Shown piece by piece: positions 28,763-37,950 of a DNA stretch of 64,000 nt; within the stretch, counting starts at the first letter, position 1, and the number at the start of each line of letters is the position of its first letter. The notes beneath the pieces were generated by a model, which worked only from the letters and a program-made list of their open reading frames with translations, made no database searches and was not told where the DNA came from. A program made the translations under genes and the position numbers. Source of the DNA: Candidatus Nanohalarchaeota archaeon (GTDB lineage Archaea > Nanohalarchaeota > Nanosalinia > Nanosalinales > Nanosalinaceae); contig JALDAJ010000001.1 in the NCBI GenBank assembly GCA_022729235.1, positions 928,001 to 992,000 on the forward strand, given 5' to 3'.

Positions 28763-29739
28763 TCCGTTAGTTCTTCGACCAGGTTCTCAAGCACGCGGAC
28801 CGACTTTTCAAAATCTCCAAGGTCCAGCCGCTCACCAGGAGTGTGGTCCAGCTCAGAGTTGCCAGGACCATACGTGGCCATGGGGCAGTCCCAGACCTCT
28901 GCGTACCGGTTCATGTCGCAGGTCCCTGTCTTCCTGATCATCCGGGGCTCACCGCCTATATCCCTGATACCGGAGCGGAAGATACGTGCTATCTCGCTTC
29001 TTGGACTCTTCATAACGGGTGGCGTACTCCTTAACCATTCGATACTTCCGTTCTCCATGTGTTCCTCTATACGATTCTTCACATCCTCTATTTTCTCTGC
29101 TGGCGGTACACGTACCTGGAAACGGATACTTGCTCTGGTGGATAGTCCTTCTTCCTGTCCGCCATCGATAGATAGAGGTTTGACATTAACAGCTTCAAAA
29201 CCGTCTCCCGCGAACTCGTCTTCGATACGTGACCAGAAACTGACTGCTCTCTGTATCGCGTTCGGCTCGGGGCGCGAGGAATGGAAGAGTTCTTCCTCGA
29301 CACTGTACACCCCGACAATAGAACCTCTATACCCCAGTGCAATGCCATTCCAACCGGTCGGCTCGCCGTTTATCACGTAACCCGGCTCCTCCATGTCCTG
29401 GGTCAGGTACTCTGCGCCTTTCGAATCCGTCTCCTCTCTCACGACGCCGGCAAAGTCTGCTCCGGTATTCACCGCAACTACGGCCATCGTAGCGAGAGGT
29501 CCTTTTGCGTCGACACTCCCTCTGCCGTGTAAAGTACCGTCCTCAACCTTTACCTCAAGGTCGCCGGGAACGGTGTCGATGTGCGAGGTCAGGAGAACCT
29601 CGTTTCCCGGAGCCCGGACGTTTCCTACCCCATCTATCCAGACCTCTCTATCATTGTTTTCAAAGAACTCTACAAGCAGCTCCGCGCATTTTCTCTCCTC
29701 ACCAGATGGCGAAGGCGTATCAACCAGTTCTACAAGCAA
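28759..29739 (-). CDS. lysK: LysW-lysine/ornithine hydrolase LysK/ArgE (M20)
   Basis: SPSGEE, SHIDTVPG, GRGSVDAKG, KTGTCDMN, YGPG..ELDH; exact start uncertain. Confidence 0.93.
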   Translation of the reverse strand: MLVELVDTPSPSGEERKCAELLVEFFENNDREVWIDGVGNVRAPGNEVLLTSHIDTVPGDLEVKVEDGTLHGRGSVDAKGPLATMAVVAVNTGADFAGVVREETDSKGAEYLTQDMEEPGYVINGEPTGWNGIALGYRGSIVGVYSVEEELFHSSRPEPNAIQRAVSFWSRIEDEFAGDGFEAVNVKPLSIDGGQEEGLSTRASIRFQVRVPPAEKIEDVKNRIEEHMENGSIEWLRSTPPVMKSPRSEIARIFRSGIRDIGGEPRMIRKTGTCDMNRYAEVWDCPMATYGPGNSELDHTPGERLDLGDFEKSVRVLENLVEELTD

Positions 29740-29764
29740 CTCTCTAGCCTCTTCTAGACCGACT

Positions 29765-30901
29765 TCACTCGTAATCCTCTATCACCTTCTCAAGCGCCTC
29801 AACGAACTTGTCGACGTGACCCTCTTCTATAGTTAGTGGCGGTAGAAGTCTGAGGACTGTCCTACCAGTCGGTAGCGCCAGAACGCCGTGCTCCAGCGCG
29901 AGATTCTTCAATACCTTGTTGGCATCCCTTCTTAATTCAACTCCGACCATCAGACCCTCTCCCCTCACATCTCTTATGAAGGAGTGCCTGTTTTCAAGTT
30001 CTTCCAGCCGAGACATCATGTAGCTCCCGACCTCAGAGGCATTCTCTACCAGACCCTCGTCTTCTATAACGGACAGAGTGGCTCTACCGGCGGCAGTCAC
30101 GGCAGGGCTGCCACTGAACGTCGATCCGTGAGGTCCCGCGTTTTCTGCTATCCAGTCCCTGCATATTGTGGCTCCTAGCGGGAAGCCTCCTGCAAGACCT
30201 TTCGCAACTGTGATTATATCGGGGGTTACCTCCACTGACTCACATCTCCACATCTCTCCTGTCCTGCCGAGACCTGTCTGTATCTCATCCAGTACAAGTA
30301 CCGCATCGTTCTCTTCAGTTATCTCTCTCGCTGTCTGCAGGTATTCCCGGGTCGCAGGGTGTAATCCGCCCTCTCCCTGGATGGGCTCCAGTATAACTGC
30401 TGCGGTATCCTCGTCAACCACCGCCTCTAGTTCTTCAATATCATTGTACCTTACAAACTCTGCATCGAGAAGTGGTTCAAATGGCTCCCTGTACTTTTTC
30501 TTCCACGTGGCGGATAGAGAACCTGCTGTCCTGCCGTGGAAACCTCTCTTCGCCGCCACTATCTTTGACCCTGTGGTCGCGCTCCTGGCAAACTTTAATG
30601 CTGCCTCGTTAGCCTCGGAACCGGAGTTCGATAGCCAGACGTTAGATAACCCCTCCGGCGCAGCTGATACCAGTTCCTCCTCGAAGCTCTTGCGGACGCT
30701 GTTGGGATAGGATGACTGGACGTAGATAAGTTCATCGAGCTGGTCTTTTACGGCTTCAACCACTTGGGGATGGTTGTGACCTGTTACAGTAACGGCGTAG
30801 CTCGCGCCGAAGTCCAGGTATTCTTCTCCGTTTTCGTCATAAAGATATGGACCGTCACCTTTCTCTACCTGTATCGGCTTCTTGTTGATTACAAATCCCA
30901 T
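29765..30901 (-). CDS. lysJ: LysW-semialdehyde aminotransferase LysJ/ArgD (class III PLP)
   Basis: NSGSEANEAA, FHGRT, EPIQGEGG, DEIQTG, AKGLAGG; start set at ATG 30901. Confidence 0.93.
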   Translation of the reverse strand: MGFVINKKPIQVEKGDGPYLYDENGEEYLDFGASYAVTVTGHNHPQVVEAVKDQLDELIYVQSSYPNSVRKSFEEELVSAAPEGLSNVWLSNSGSEANEAALKFARSATTGSKIVAAKRGFHGRTAGSLSATWKKKYREPFEPLLDAEFVRYNDIEELEAVVDEDTAAVILEPIQGEGGLHPATREYLQTAREITEENDAVLVLDEIQTGLGRTGEMWRCESVEVTPDIITVAKGLAGGFPLGATICRDWIAENAGPHGSTFSGSPAVTAAGRATLSVIEDEGLVENASEVGSYMMSRLEELENRHSFIRDVRGEGLMVGVELRRDANKVLKNLALEHGVLALPTGRTVLRLLPPLTIEEGHVDKFVEALEKVIEDYE

Positions 30902-30902
30902 T

Positions 30903-31721
30903 CTAGACTGCTCCCGGAGTGAATCCTGTTCCGCGCCCTCCCAGCGCTTCTGTAACAGGTTTTTCTGTGTCTGCATCTGATATGGTTACCGATTCAGCGC
31001 CTTCCTCAAGCGCCTCGCCTGAGGCCATCACTTTCTTGGTCATAAAGCCTTCTGCTGCTTCCCGGGCACGTTCCATGTCTTCCGGGGTTTCAATGTCCTC
31101 TATAAGCGTGTCCATGTCCTCTGGATCCTCGAAAACACCGGGTACGTCAGTGATTATCACAAGATCTGCTTCCATCTCACCTGCTATAGCCGCTGCCGCC
31201 CTATCTCCGTCCGCGTTTACGGGGGTTCCGTCGTCAGCCAGCATAGGGAGAGAGATGACAGGCAGGTATTCCCTGTCCATAAGTGTGCGGAGTAAGTCCG
31301 TATTAACTTCTTCTACTTTCCCAGAGTGTTCTCCTCTTCTTATCTTTTTACGGCCGTTTTCCATAACCTTTACCGCGGACTTTCTCGGTCCAGTAAGCAG
31401 TGCCCCATCGACACCTGAAAGACCTACTGCGTTGACATCAAGATCCTGTAGCCGGGATGTGTAATCCACGTTAAGCTCCCCTGCCATGACCATGTTGAAA
31501 ACTTTCATCGTCTCTTCATCAGTAAAACGGCTTTTAACTCCACCCGGTGTCTCGACGTATTCCGGTTCTTCTCCCATAAGCTCAAGCACCTCATCGAGCC
31601 TGCCGGAACCCCCGTGCACTACTATTAACTCTCTACCACTTTCCCATAATCCTGCGATGTCTTCGATTACAGCTCCCATTTCTAAATCACTGGATCCACT
31701 TATTTTTACGACTACAGCCAT
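30903..31721 (-). CDS. lysZ: LysW-aminoadipate/glutamate kinase LysZ/ArgB
   Basis: VVKISG, VHGGSG, SRFTD, GLSGVDG, NADGDRAA, M.KKV. Confidence 0.93.
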   Translation of the reverse strand: MAVVVKISGSSDLEMGAVIEDIAGLWESGRELIVVHGGSGRLDEVLELMGEEPEYVETPGGVKSRFTDEETMKVFNMVMAGELNVDYTSRLQDLDVNAVGLSGVDGALLTGPRKSAVKVMENGRKKIRRGEHSGKVEEVNTDLLRTLMDREYLPVISLPMLADDGTPVNADGDRAAAAIAGEMEADLVIITDVPGVFEDPEDMDTLIEDIETPEDMERAREAAEGFMTKKVMASGEALEEGAESVTISDADTEKPVTEALGGRGTGFTPGAV

Positions 31722-31778
31722 ATTATATCACAGAAAACGTAAATTTATTATAAATACTCATAATTCTACTTGTTTTGA

Positions 31779-31791
31779 TTCGAATTTCGTA
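31779..31791. promoter_or_regulatory. Lrp/LysM-type operator TTCGAATTTCGTA between lysZ and divergent unknown gene
   Basis: Matches the other copies. Confidence 0.7.
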
Positions 31792-31849
31792 AGAAAAAGC
31801 CAGAACTCAGTAATATCAATATAAAAGTTTATCCGAGATCAAGTAGATT

Positions 31850-32722
31850 ATGGCGACCTCTACATCCACGCAGGACTACGATCTACAATCAGAACTGGAA
31901 GAACTGAGTGAGGAAAACCCTTATCCCGGTTACCAGGATTCCTGGTCCATGGGAGAGGATTTACTCGGCATATTCTCCCGCTCGATAGTAGGCACCTGGG
32001 CCGAGTGGTTAGGAGAGCACGGACATGACGCCTATGAAGAATTAGATGAAGTTGTAGAGGACTATACTACCTTTATGTCAACAGTATATGATAGAGACGT
32101 GGACAGGTCAGACGCCATAGACTTCATGAGAGCAGCCTATGACGATGAGGTCGACATCGATTCTAGCCAGTTCGATGCTATCTCTTTCGCCTTTTACCAC
32201 AATATTTTCGATGTGTTTCCCGGCCGGAAACGCGAGTTCGCGGAAGAGGTTGGAAGGAGGTTTTACAGCCAGCTTGAAGACGAGTTAGGACTTGACTTAC
32301 CAGAAGAGCGCCATACAGAGGAACAGCTTGAAAGCGCAAAAGAAAACATTAACGTCATAGGAGAGTTTTTGGGACAACAAGGATACCTGGGAGCTGATGA
32401 AGAACCGTTTGAGTTTAAATTTGAAGTAGAAGCTGAAAGAGATGGAGAAAATGTTTGCCAGGGTGAAGAAGAGTTCATCACTAACCTCGATGAAAATGGA
32501 AGAGCCTACGCACAATACGTCATGAGTCTTCCTGGGATACTACCTTCAGCAGTCTACCTTTTCAACATAGAAGGAGAGGCACAGCACCACTCCTCACGTA
32601 TCTTCCAGGAGCTGTTCGACCAGATGGATCTTGACGCCGCGGAAACAGATGATTTCGACCCGACAGGTCACGATTCGGAAAAAGTAGTAGAGTTCTGGAT
32701 TATAGAGGATAGAGAGCAGTAG
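31850..32722 (+). CDS. Conserved-looking protein of unknown function
   Basis: 290-aa acidic ORF with motif-like ILPSAVYL...EAQHHSSR...ETDDFDP...VVEFW. Confidence 0.8.
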   Translation: MATSTSTQDYDLQSELEELSEENPYPGYQDSWSMGEDLLGIFSRSIVGTWAEWLGEHGHDAYEELDEVVEDYTTFMSTVYDRDVDRSDAIDFMRAAYDDEVDIDSSQFDAISFAFYHNIFDVFPGRKREFAEEVGRRFYSQLEDELGLDLPEERHTEEQLESAKENINVIGEFLGQQGYLGADEEPFEFKFEVEAERDGENVCQGEEEFITNLDENGRAYAQYVMSLPGILPSAVYLFNIEGEAQHHSSRIFQELFDQMDLDAAETDDFDPTGHDSEKVVEFWIIEDREQ

Positions 32723-32733
32723 AAGTTCTGACC

Positions 32734-33357
32734 TTAATCAAGTAACTCAACTTCTTCTATTTTTTCTGCACCATCGTCACCCATGACAATCTTGAATCCT
32801 TTACCCGTTTCTTCGGAGGCGCTGTTGATGACTGGAGTCCCCATAAGCTCCCGCTTTCCAAAGTCTTCGTGAACGTGACCGTTCATCCATACCGCGGGCT
32901 TGTGTCGGAGGATTAACTCGCGGAACTGTTCAAAACCTATCCGGCGCCCGGAGTGGATCTGGTCGCCTACTTTATGTGGCGGGTAGTGAGATCCTACGAT
33001 AATCTTTGAAGGGTCGCCGTGTTCTTCTATAAGAGCTCCTACCTTCTCGTTCACATCCTCCGGGAAGTCTCCACCGATAAGGATAACAAGATATTCGTCG
33101 TCTATTTCTGCCTCCAAGAAGTTGAATACCGGGACCTTATCCAGAAAATCGGCGTCAAACATCATATCCCGGTTGCCTGTGCAACCTATAGCAGGTATTT
33201 CAACGCGCTCGAACAGGTCTACCGCGTACTCCTCGTCCATGTAGTCGCCGAGGTTGATGTAAAGATCGTATTCACCAGAATTTGCCTCTTCTATCGCGGC
33301 TTCCTTAAGTTCCTCTTTCGAGTGGAAGTCGCTGGTGACGAGGATTGTCAGGGACAT
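32734..33357 (-). CDS. Metallophosphoesterase (calcineurin-like)
   Basis: SDFH, GD, GNRD, SHYPP, GHVHE. Confidence 0.9.
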   Translation of the reverse strand: MSLTILVTSDFHSKEELKEAAIEEANSGEYDLYINLGDYMDEEYAVDLFERVEIPAIGCTGNRDMMFDADFLDKVPVFNFLEAEIDDEYLVILIGGDFPEDVNEKVGALIEEHGDPSKIIVGSHYPPHKVGDQIHSGRRIGFEQFRELILRHKPAVWMNGHVHEDFGKRELMGTPVINSASEETGKGFKIVMGDDGAEKIEEVELLD

Positions 33358-33452
33358 GCATAATCTCTGTTTTATCAAAATCTTATAAGCTCATCGTTGC
33401 CTGACCTCTCCATAGATAATCGGTTGCCATAATAAAAAGAAAAGAGAATTTT

Positions 33453-34406
33453 TTACCGGGACTGGGCGTCCTCAACTTCTTCTTCTAGACCGAGTCCGTC
33501 TATCAGGTTCTGGTAACCTTTCCTGATAGTTACCTCGGTCACGCCGACCGTGTCCGCGATCTTTTTCTGGGAGATATCCTCTCCTTCAAGGATAGATGCA
33601 AGATACAGCGCGGATGCAACGATGCTATCTGGGCTTCTACCTGCTAGAAGATCCTGTTCTCTGGAACTGGACACGATATCTCGCGCCCTGCCCTGTGACT
33701 CCCCGCTCATCCCGAGCCGTGAGGAGAACCTGGGTATGAAGTCTTCAGGGTTGACCGGTACAATCCTGAGGTCGAGCTCCCTCGCAACGTAACGGTAAGT
33801 CTTTCCTAGCTCACGTTCCGAGAGGTCTGCCTCATCTGCGATTTCCGACATCGTCCGGGGCACGCCATGGTTTCTTGCAACGAGGTAGACCAGTGAGGCG
33901 ACTATCGCCTCTATCTTCCTTCCCTTGACTACATCTCCTTCCAGCGCCTTTTCATATAGGCGGGCGGCTTCCTCAGTAACGGATTCAGGAAGCCCGAGAA
34001 CATCCACTATACTCTCCATTTCTTCCAGCGCGAACTTCATACGCCTGTCACGGGACTCGTCCAGCCTGCGGTGCCATTTCCTCATCCTGTAGTACTGGCT
34101 CCTCTTGCTCGGAGAAACCTGGGACATGTTACCATATCCACGACCGATTTCTGTCCTTACACCCCTGGACGGCTCAGTATACGTGATAGGGGCGCCTGTC
34201 CTCTCTTTTCTCTCCCTCTCCTCGGCTGTAAATGCACGGGGTCCTGCCGACTCCTGGACTCGCTCATCGTCCAGAACTGTACCACACTCCTGGCATATCA
34301 GCTCTGCTTCCCGCGTCTCTCTTATACGGGTCGATCCGCACTCCGGGCACTGGAGCACATGGTCTTCTTGCGACCTATCCTCTTGATTTTCATCATTCTC
34401 AGGCAT
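33453..34406 (-). CDS. tfb: Transcription initiation factor IIB
   Basis: CPECG...CQECG ribbon, RTGAP, two cyclin repeats, GVTEVTIR. Confidence 0.96.
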   Translation of the reverse strand: MPENDENQEDRSQEDHVLQCPECGSTRIRETREAELICQECGTVLDDERVQESAGPRAFTAEERERKERTGAPITYTEPSRGVRTEIGRGYGNMSQVSPSKRSQYYRMRKWHRRLDESRDRRMKFALEEMESIVDVLGLPESVTEEAARLYEKALEGDVVKGRKIEAIVASLVYLVARNHGVPRTMSEIADEADLSERELGKTYRYVARELDLRIVPVNPEDFIPRFSSRLGMSGESQGRARDIVSSSREQDLLAGRSPDSIVASALYLASILEGEDISQKKIADTVGVTEVTIRKGYQNLIDGLGLEEEVEDAQSR

Positions 34407-34532
34407 TGTGCATCACCAATTCACAGTCTTTTTGGTTTCAAGCTGATTCGCCTTCTAACAGTTAAATGCCTATGGGGGTACCCGGGAAAAATAAAGTGGT
34501 ATAAGAAAATAGCTGTGGCGTTCTGTACCTGT

Positions 34533-37193
34533 TCAGAACTCGTCTGGCATGTGGTCGTTCACTAACTTCTTCAGCCCCTCGATAAAGAGGAATGTAACAA
34601 CAGCTGCTGCCAAGACGACTCCCCATTCCCACAGTCCGATAGGTGTGTGTGGGAACAATCCTTCCCGCGTGAAGAACGGTAGGTAGATAACTGCAAACCA
34701 TGCTGGGGCGATTACGGATACAGATGCCAACAGTAGCTTGTTCCCGAATAGAGTCTCTCGTAGACCCATGTCGAACACGGACTCTCTCAGCGACCTGAAG
34801 TTGAATGTGGTGATAAATATGAGCGCTGCAATCGCCGAGAACTTCATGGTCCTCGCTCTATCCAGGGACTCTTCTGGCGGGAATGGATTCCCGAGCAGGA
34901 AGATTACAAGTCCTGTGATAGCCACGAAAAATGCGAGTGGAACTGAAAGGAGCAGATTCCGCGGGCTCAGGATTTTCTGGCCAGGATCACGTGGTTCTCT
35001 GTCCATAACGTCCTCGATTTCAGGGTCAAGACCCAGGGATATCGCAGGGAACTCCTGACCTATAACGTTGATGAAGAGTATCTGTAAACCTACCAGAGGT
35101 ATGTACGCGAACCCAGAGTACCCGAATAGTAAGGGGAAAGTAAGTACCGCGAGCATGAGCGTGATTACCTCGGCAAAGTTCCTGGAGACCAGGTAAACTG
35201 TAAACTTCTCCAGGTTATCGTAGATACGTCGACCGTCTTTTACAGCCTCTACTATGGTATGAAAGTTATCGTCTTCAAGTACTATTTCACTCGCCTCTCG
35301 GGTCACATCAGTCCCTTTCTCTCCCATCCCTACACCGATGTCTGCCCTTTTCACCGCTGGCGCGTCGTTGATGCCGTCACCGGTCATAGCTACTATCTCA
35401 TCGTTTTCCTGGAGAGCCTCAACGATATGCAGTTTCTGCTCTGGTCTAGTCCGTGCGTAGATATCGACTTCAGGTATCCTCTCGTGAAGCTCGTCCTCCG
35501 ACATCTCCTCGAGTTCGTCACCGGTCACCACTTCAGGATTATCGGTCAGCTCTATATCCTCAGCGATAGCTTTCGCGGTCTCAGGGTTATCTCCTGTCAC
35601 CATCTTAACATTGATACCTGCGCTTTCACACATCGCGATAGAGTCCTTTACCTCGGGGCGTGGAGGATCGATCATCCCTGCAAGACCGAGAAGAGTCATG
35701 TCCTGCTCAACGTTGTCTTCCTGGAACGGCTTCTCCACACCCTCTCTGTAAGCCAGCGCCAGAACTCTCAACGCATCCTCCGCGAACTCACTGTTCTTCT
35801 CAAGTAACTCGTGTTTATCCTCCTCCGTCAGTTCCCTCCTGTCACCGTCAACCATGATGTGAGAGCACCTATCGAGCACGACTTCCGGGGCGCCCTTCAT
35901 GAACGCCCAGTTCTCACCGTCCACATCGTTTATCGTTGTCATCCTCTTCCGTCCGGATGAGAACATGATCTCCTTCTTTCTCTCATGTTTTCCCTCAAGA
36001 TCTTCTTTCTTGAAGTCTGCTTTCTCCCCGAGAACCACTAACGCGCCTTCTGTAGGATCGCCGTTCATCTCGTAGTTGCCTTCTTCCACGTGCAGTTCCG
36101 CATTATTGCAGAGCATCCCTGTCTTCAGGAAGAGTCCAAGAGTCTCCGACTTGTCCGGCGTGTAGGGCTGCGCCTTGTACTTGATATCTCCCTGCGGAAC
36201 GTATCCGCTACCATCGACCTCGACCTCTTTCCCGTCGAGATACATCTTCTTCACGGTCATCTCGTTTTTCGTTAGAGTCCCCGTCTTGTCAGTACAGATA
36301 ACCGTCGTGCTCCCGAGACCTTCTACGGCGAGCATCTTTCTAACTATCGCGTTCTTCTCCGCCATATCCTTCATGCCGTGTGAGAGCGTGACGGTGACTG
36401 CGAGAGGTAGACCTTCTGGAACCGCTGCAACTGCCAGTGCAAGTGTAACGATAAGCAGGTCGAAGATCTGCGCCTGCTCCCATAGACCAAGCCCAAAGAA
36501 TACTGTAAGAGTGACTAGTGACAGATAGGCAAAACGCTTCGCCAGCATCTTTATCCTTTTCTGGAGCGGTGTCTCTGGTTCTTCCTCCTGTATCTCATCC
36601 GCTATCTTCCCGAGCTCTGTCTCCATCCCTGTCGCGGTTACTTCAGCCCTGCACTTACCCTCAGTAATCGTTGTCCCCGAGTAGAGCTCGTCACCCTCTT
36701 CTTTCCCTACAGGGTTGCTTTCACCAGTAAGTACTGCCTCGTTCACGTGCAGGTCATTTGCTTCTACTACCTCTGCATCCGCAGGAATCTTTGCACCTCT
36801 ATCAAGAACAAGCAGGTCCCCGGGAACTACGTCGATACTGGGGATTTCCTTCAGCTTACCATCCCGCTCCACAGTCGTGGTAGGCTCCACCATCGCCTCA
36901 AGCTCCTCCATCGCCTTCTCGGCTTTCCACTCCTGTACGTATCCGCTTACAACGATGATGCCGACGATGACGTTAACGAAGTAAAAAGTGTAAATCTTCC
37001 CGGGGTCGTATATCGAGGCGATGTAGGATATAACAGCCGCAGCGATAAGAATCCAGACAAGAAAGTTCTTACTGAACTGCCGGATAAAAATATCTAGTCT
37101 AGAGGTACCTTCCTCTTTTTCCAGCTCATTAGACCCATACTCCTCCAGTCTATCCTTTGCCTCTTCTTTCGTGAGACCTTCCTGTTCGGGCAT
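34533..37193 (-). CDS. P-type cation-transporting ATPase (type II, Ca2+-like)
   Basis: LTGES, PEGL, DKTGTLT, KGAPE, TGD, GDGINDAP. Confidence 0.96.
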   Translation of the reverse strand: MPEQEGLTKEEAKDRLEEYGSNELEKEEGTSRLDIFIRQFSKNFLVWILIAAAVISYIASIYDPGKIYTFYFVNVIVGIIVVSGYVQEWKAEKAMEELEAMVEPTTTVERDGKLKEIPSIDVVPGDLLVLDRGAKIPADAEVVEANDLHVNEAVLTGESNPVGKEEGDELYSGTTITEGKCRAEVTATGMETELGKIADEIQEEEPETPLQKRIKMLAKRFAYLSLVTLTVFFGLGLWEQAQIFDLLIVTLALAVAAVPEGLPLAVTVTLSHGMKDMAEKNAIVRKMLAVEGLGSTTVICTDKTGTLTKNEMTVKKMYLDGKEVEVDGSGYVPQGDIKYKAQPYTPDKSETLGLFLKTGMLCNNAELHVEEGNYEMNGDPTEGALVVLGEKADFKKEDLEGKHERKKEIMFSSGRKRMTTINDVDGENWAFMKGAPEVVLDRCSHIMVDGDRRELTEEDKHELLEKNSEFAEDALRVLALAYREGVEKPFQEDNVEQDMTLLGLAGMIDPPRPEVKDSIAMCESAGINVKMVTGDNPETAKAIAEDIELTDNPEVVTGDELEEMSEDELHERIPEVDIYARTRPEQKLHIVEALQENDEIVAMTGDGINDAPAVKRADIGVGMGEKGTDVTREASEIVLEDDNFHTIVEAVKDGRRIYDNLEKFTVYLVSRNFAEVITLMLAVLTFPLLFGYSGFAYIPLVGLQILFINVIGQEFPAISLGLDPEIEDVMDREPRDPGQKILSPRNLLLSVPLAFFVAITGLVIFLLGNPFPPEESLDRARTMKFSAIAALIFITTFNFRSLRESVFDMGLRETLFGNKLLLASVSVIAPAWFAVIYLPFFTREGLFPHTPIGLWEWGVVLAAAVVTFLFIEGLKKLVNDHMPDEF

Positions 37194-37243
37194 TCTAACT
37201 AGATTAAGTCAAGCCTATTGAAAAAAGGTTACTAATTACCTTC

Positions 37244-37852
37244 TCAAACACCCACGCCTGTATCGGCTTCCGGTAAATCGTGTTTCTCATAGTCGATACC
37301 AAGCTCTTCCAGCGCCACCTCCATGTGCCTGTCTTCCGCGTACTCCGAGCCCTCGCTCTCTCTAATTTCCTGGGTGGTCGCCAGTACCTCCCCGCGCCTG
37401 TCATCAGGAATACTGTATTTGTCCGCGCTCAGCTCTATGACGAGCCCGTTGTTGTCGGTGGTGTAAATCGAGTGGAAGATACCGCGGTCAAAAACGTTGT
37501 AGCTGTACCCGTTTTCATCCAGCGCATCCATGATATCCTCGAACTCCGCCGGGTCGATCTTGAAGGAAATGTGGTGAACCGCCCCGGTTCGGGTGGTCTG
37601 CCTGTCAACTGAGTCGCGGTCGTCATTGACGAAAAATGTTAGTATACGTCCGTCGCCGGTATCGAAAAACAGGTGGGTCTGCCGGGGATCGTCGAGGTTC
37701 GGCTGTTTCAGGACGAGGGGCATCCCGAGGATGTCGCGGTAGAACTCAACAGTGTCTTCCTCGTTGCTCCCCCATAAAGTTATGTGGTCCACGCCCCGGG
37801 TTTTGAACGCGCTGTCCGGCTCCTCGCTGGTAATAGGTGTTTTGTCGGTCAT
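37244..37852 (-). CDS. VOC/glyoxalase family protein
   Basis: VDHITL, FYRDILGM.LV, HHISF, SIY..D.NGLVIEL; start set at ATG 37852. Confidence 0.88.
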   Translation of the reverse strand: MTDKTPITSEEPDSAFKTRGVDHITLWGSNEEDTVEFYRDILGMPLVLKQPNLDDPRQTHLFFDTGDGRILTFFVNDDRDSVDRQTTRTGAVHHISFKIDPAEFEDIMDALDENGYSYNVFDRGIFHSIYTTDNNGLVIELSADKYSIPDDRRGEVLATTQEIRESEGSEYAEDRHMEVALEELGIDYEKHDLPEADTGVGV

Positions 37853-37950
37853 GTCCGGTAATGCGGTTTCAAAGGTTAAAATCTTTGACGTCTCGGGAAG
37901 AGAAAGATAAGACCTTGATAAATCTCGACGGACAAAACTTCCACAGAATA

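Noticed and set aside
29739-29772. Non-canonical starts (ACG before lysK; ATC at 55467 after a strong SD)
   Set aside because: Downstream TTG/GTG starts are available; cannot be separated from sequence error without reads or proteomics.
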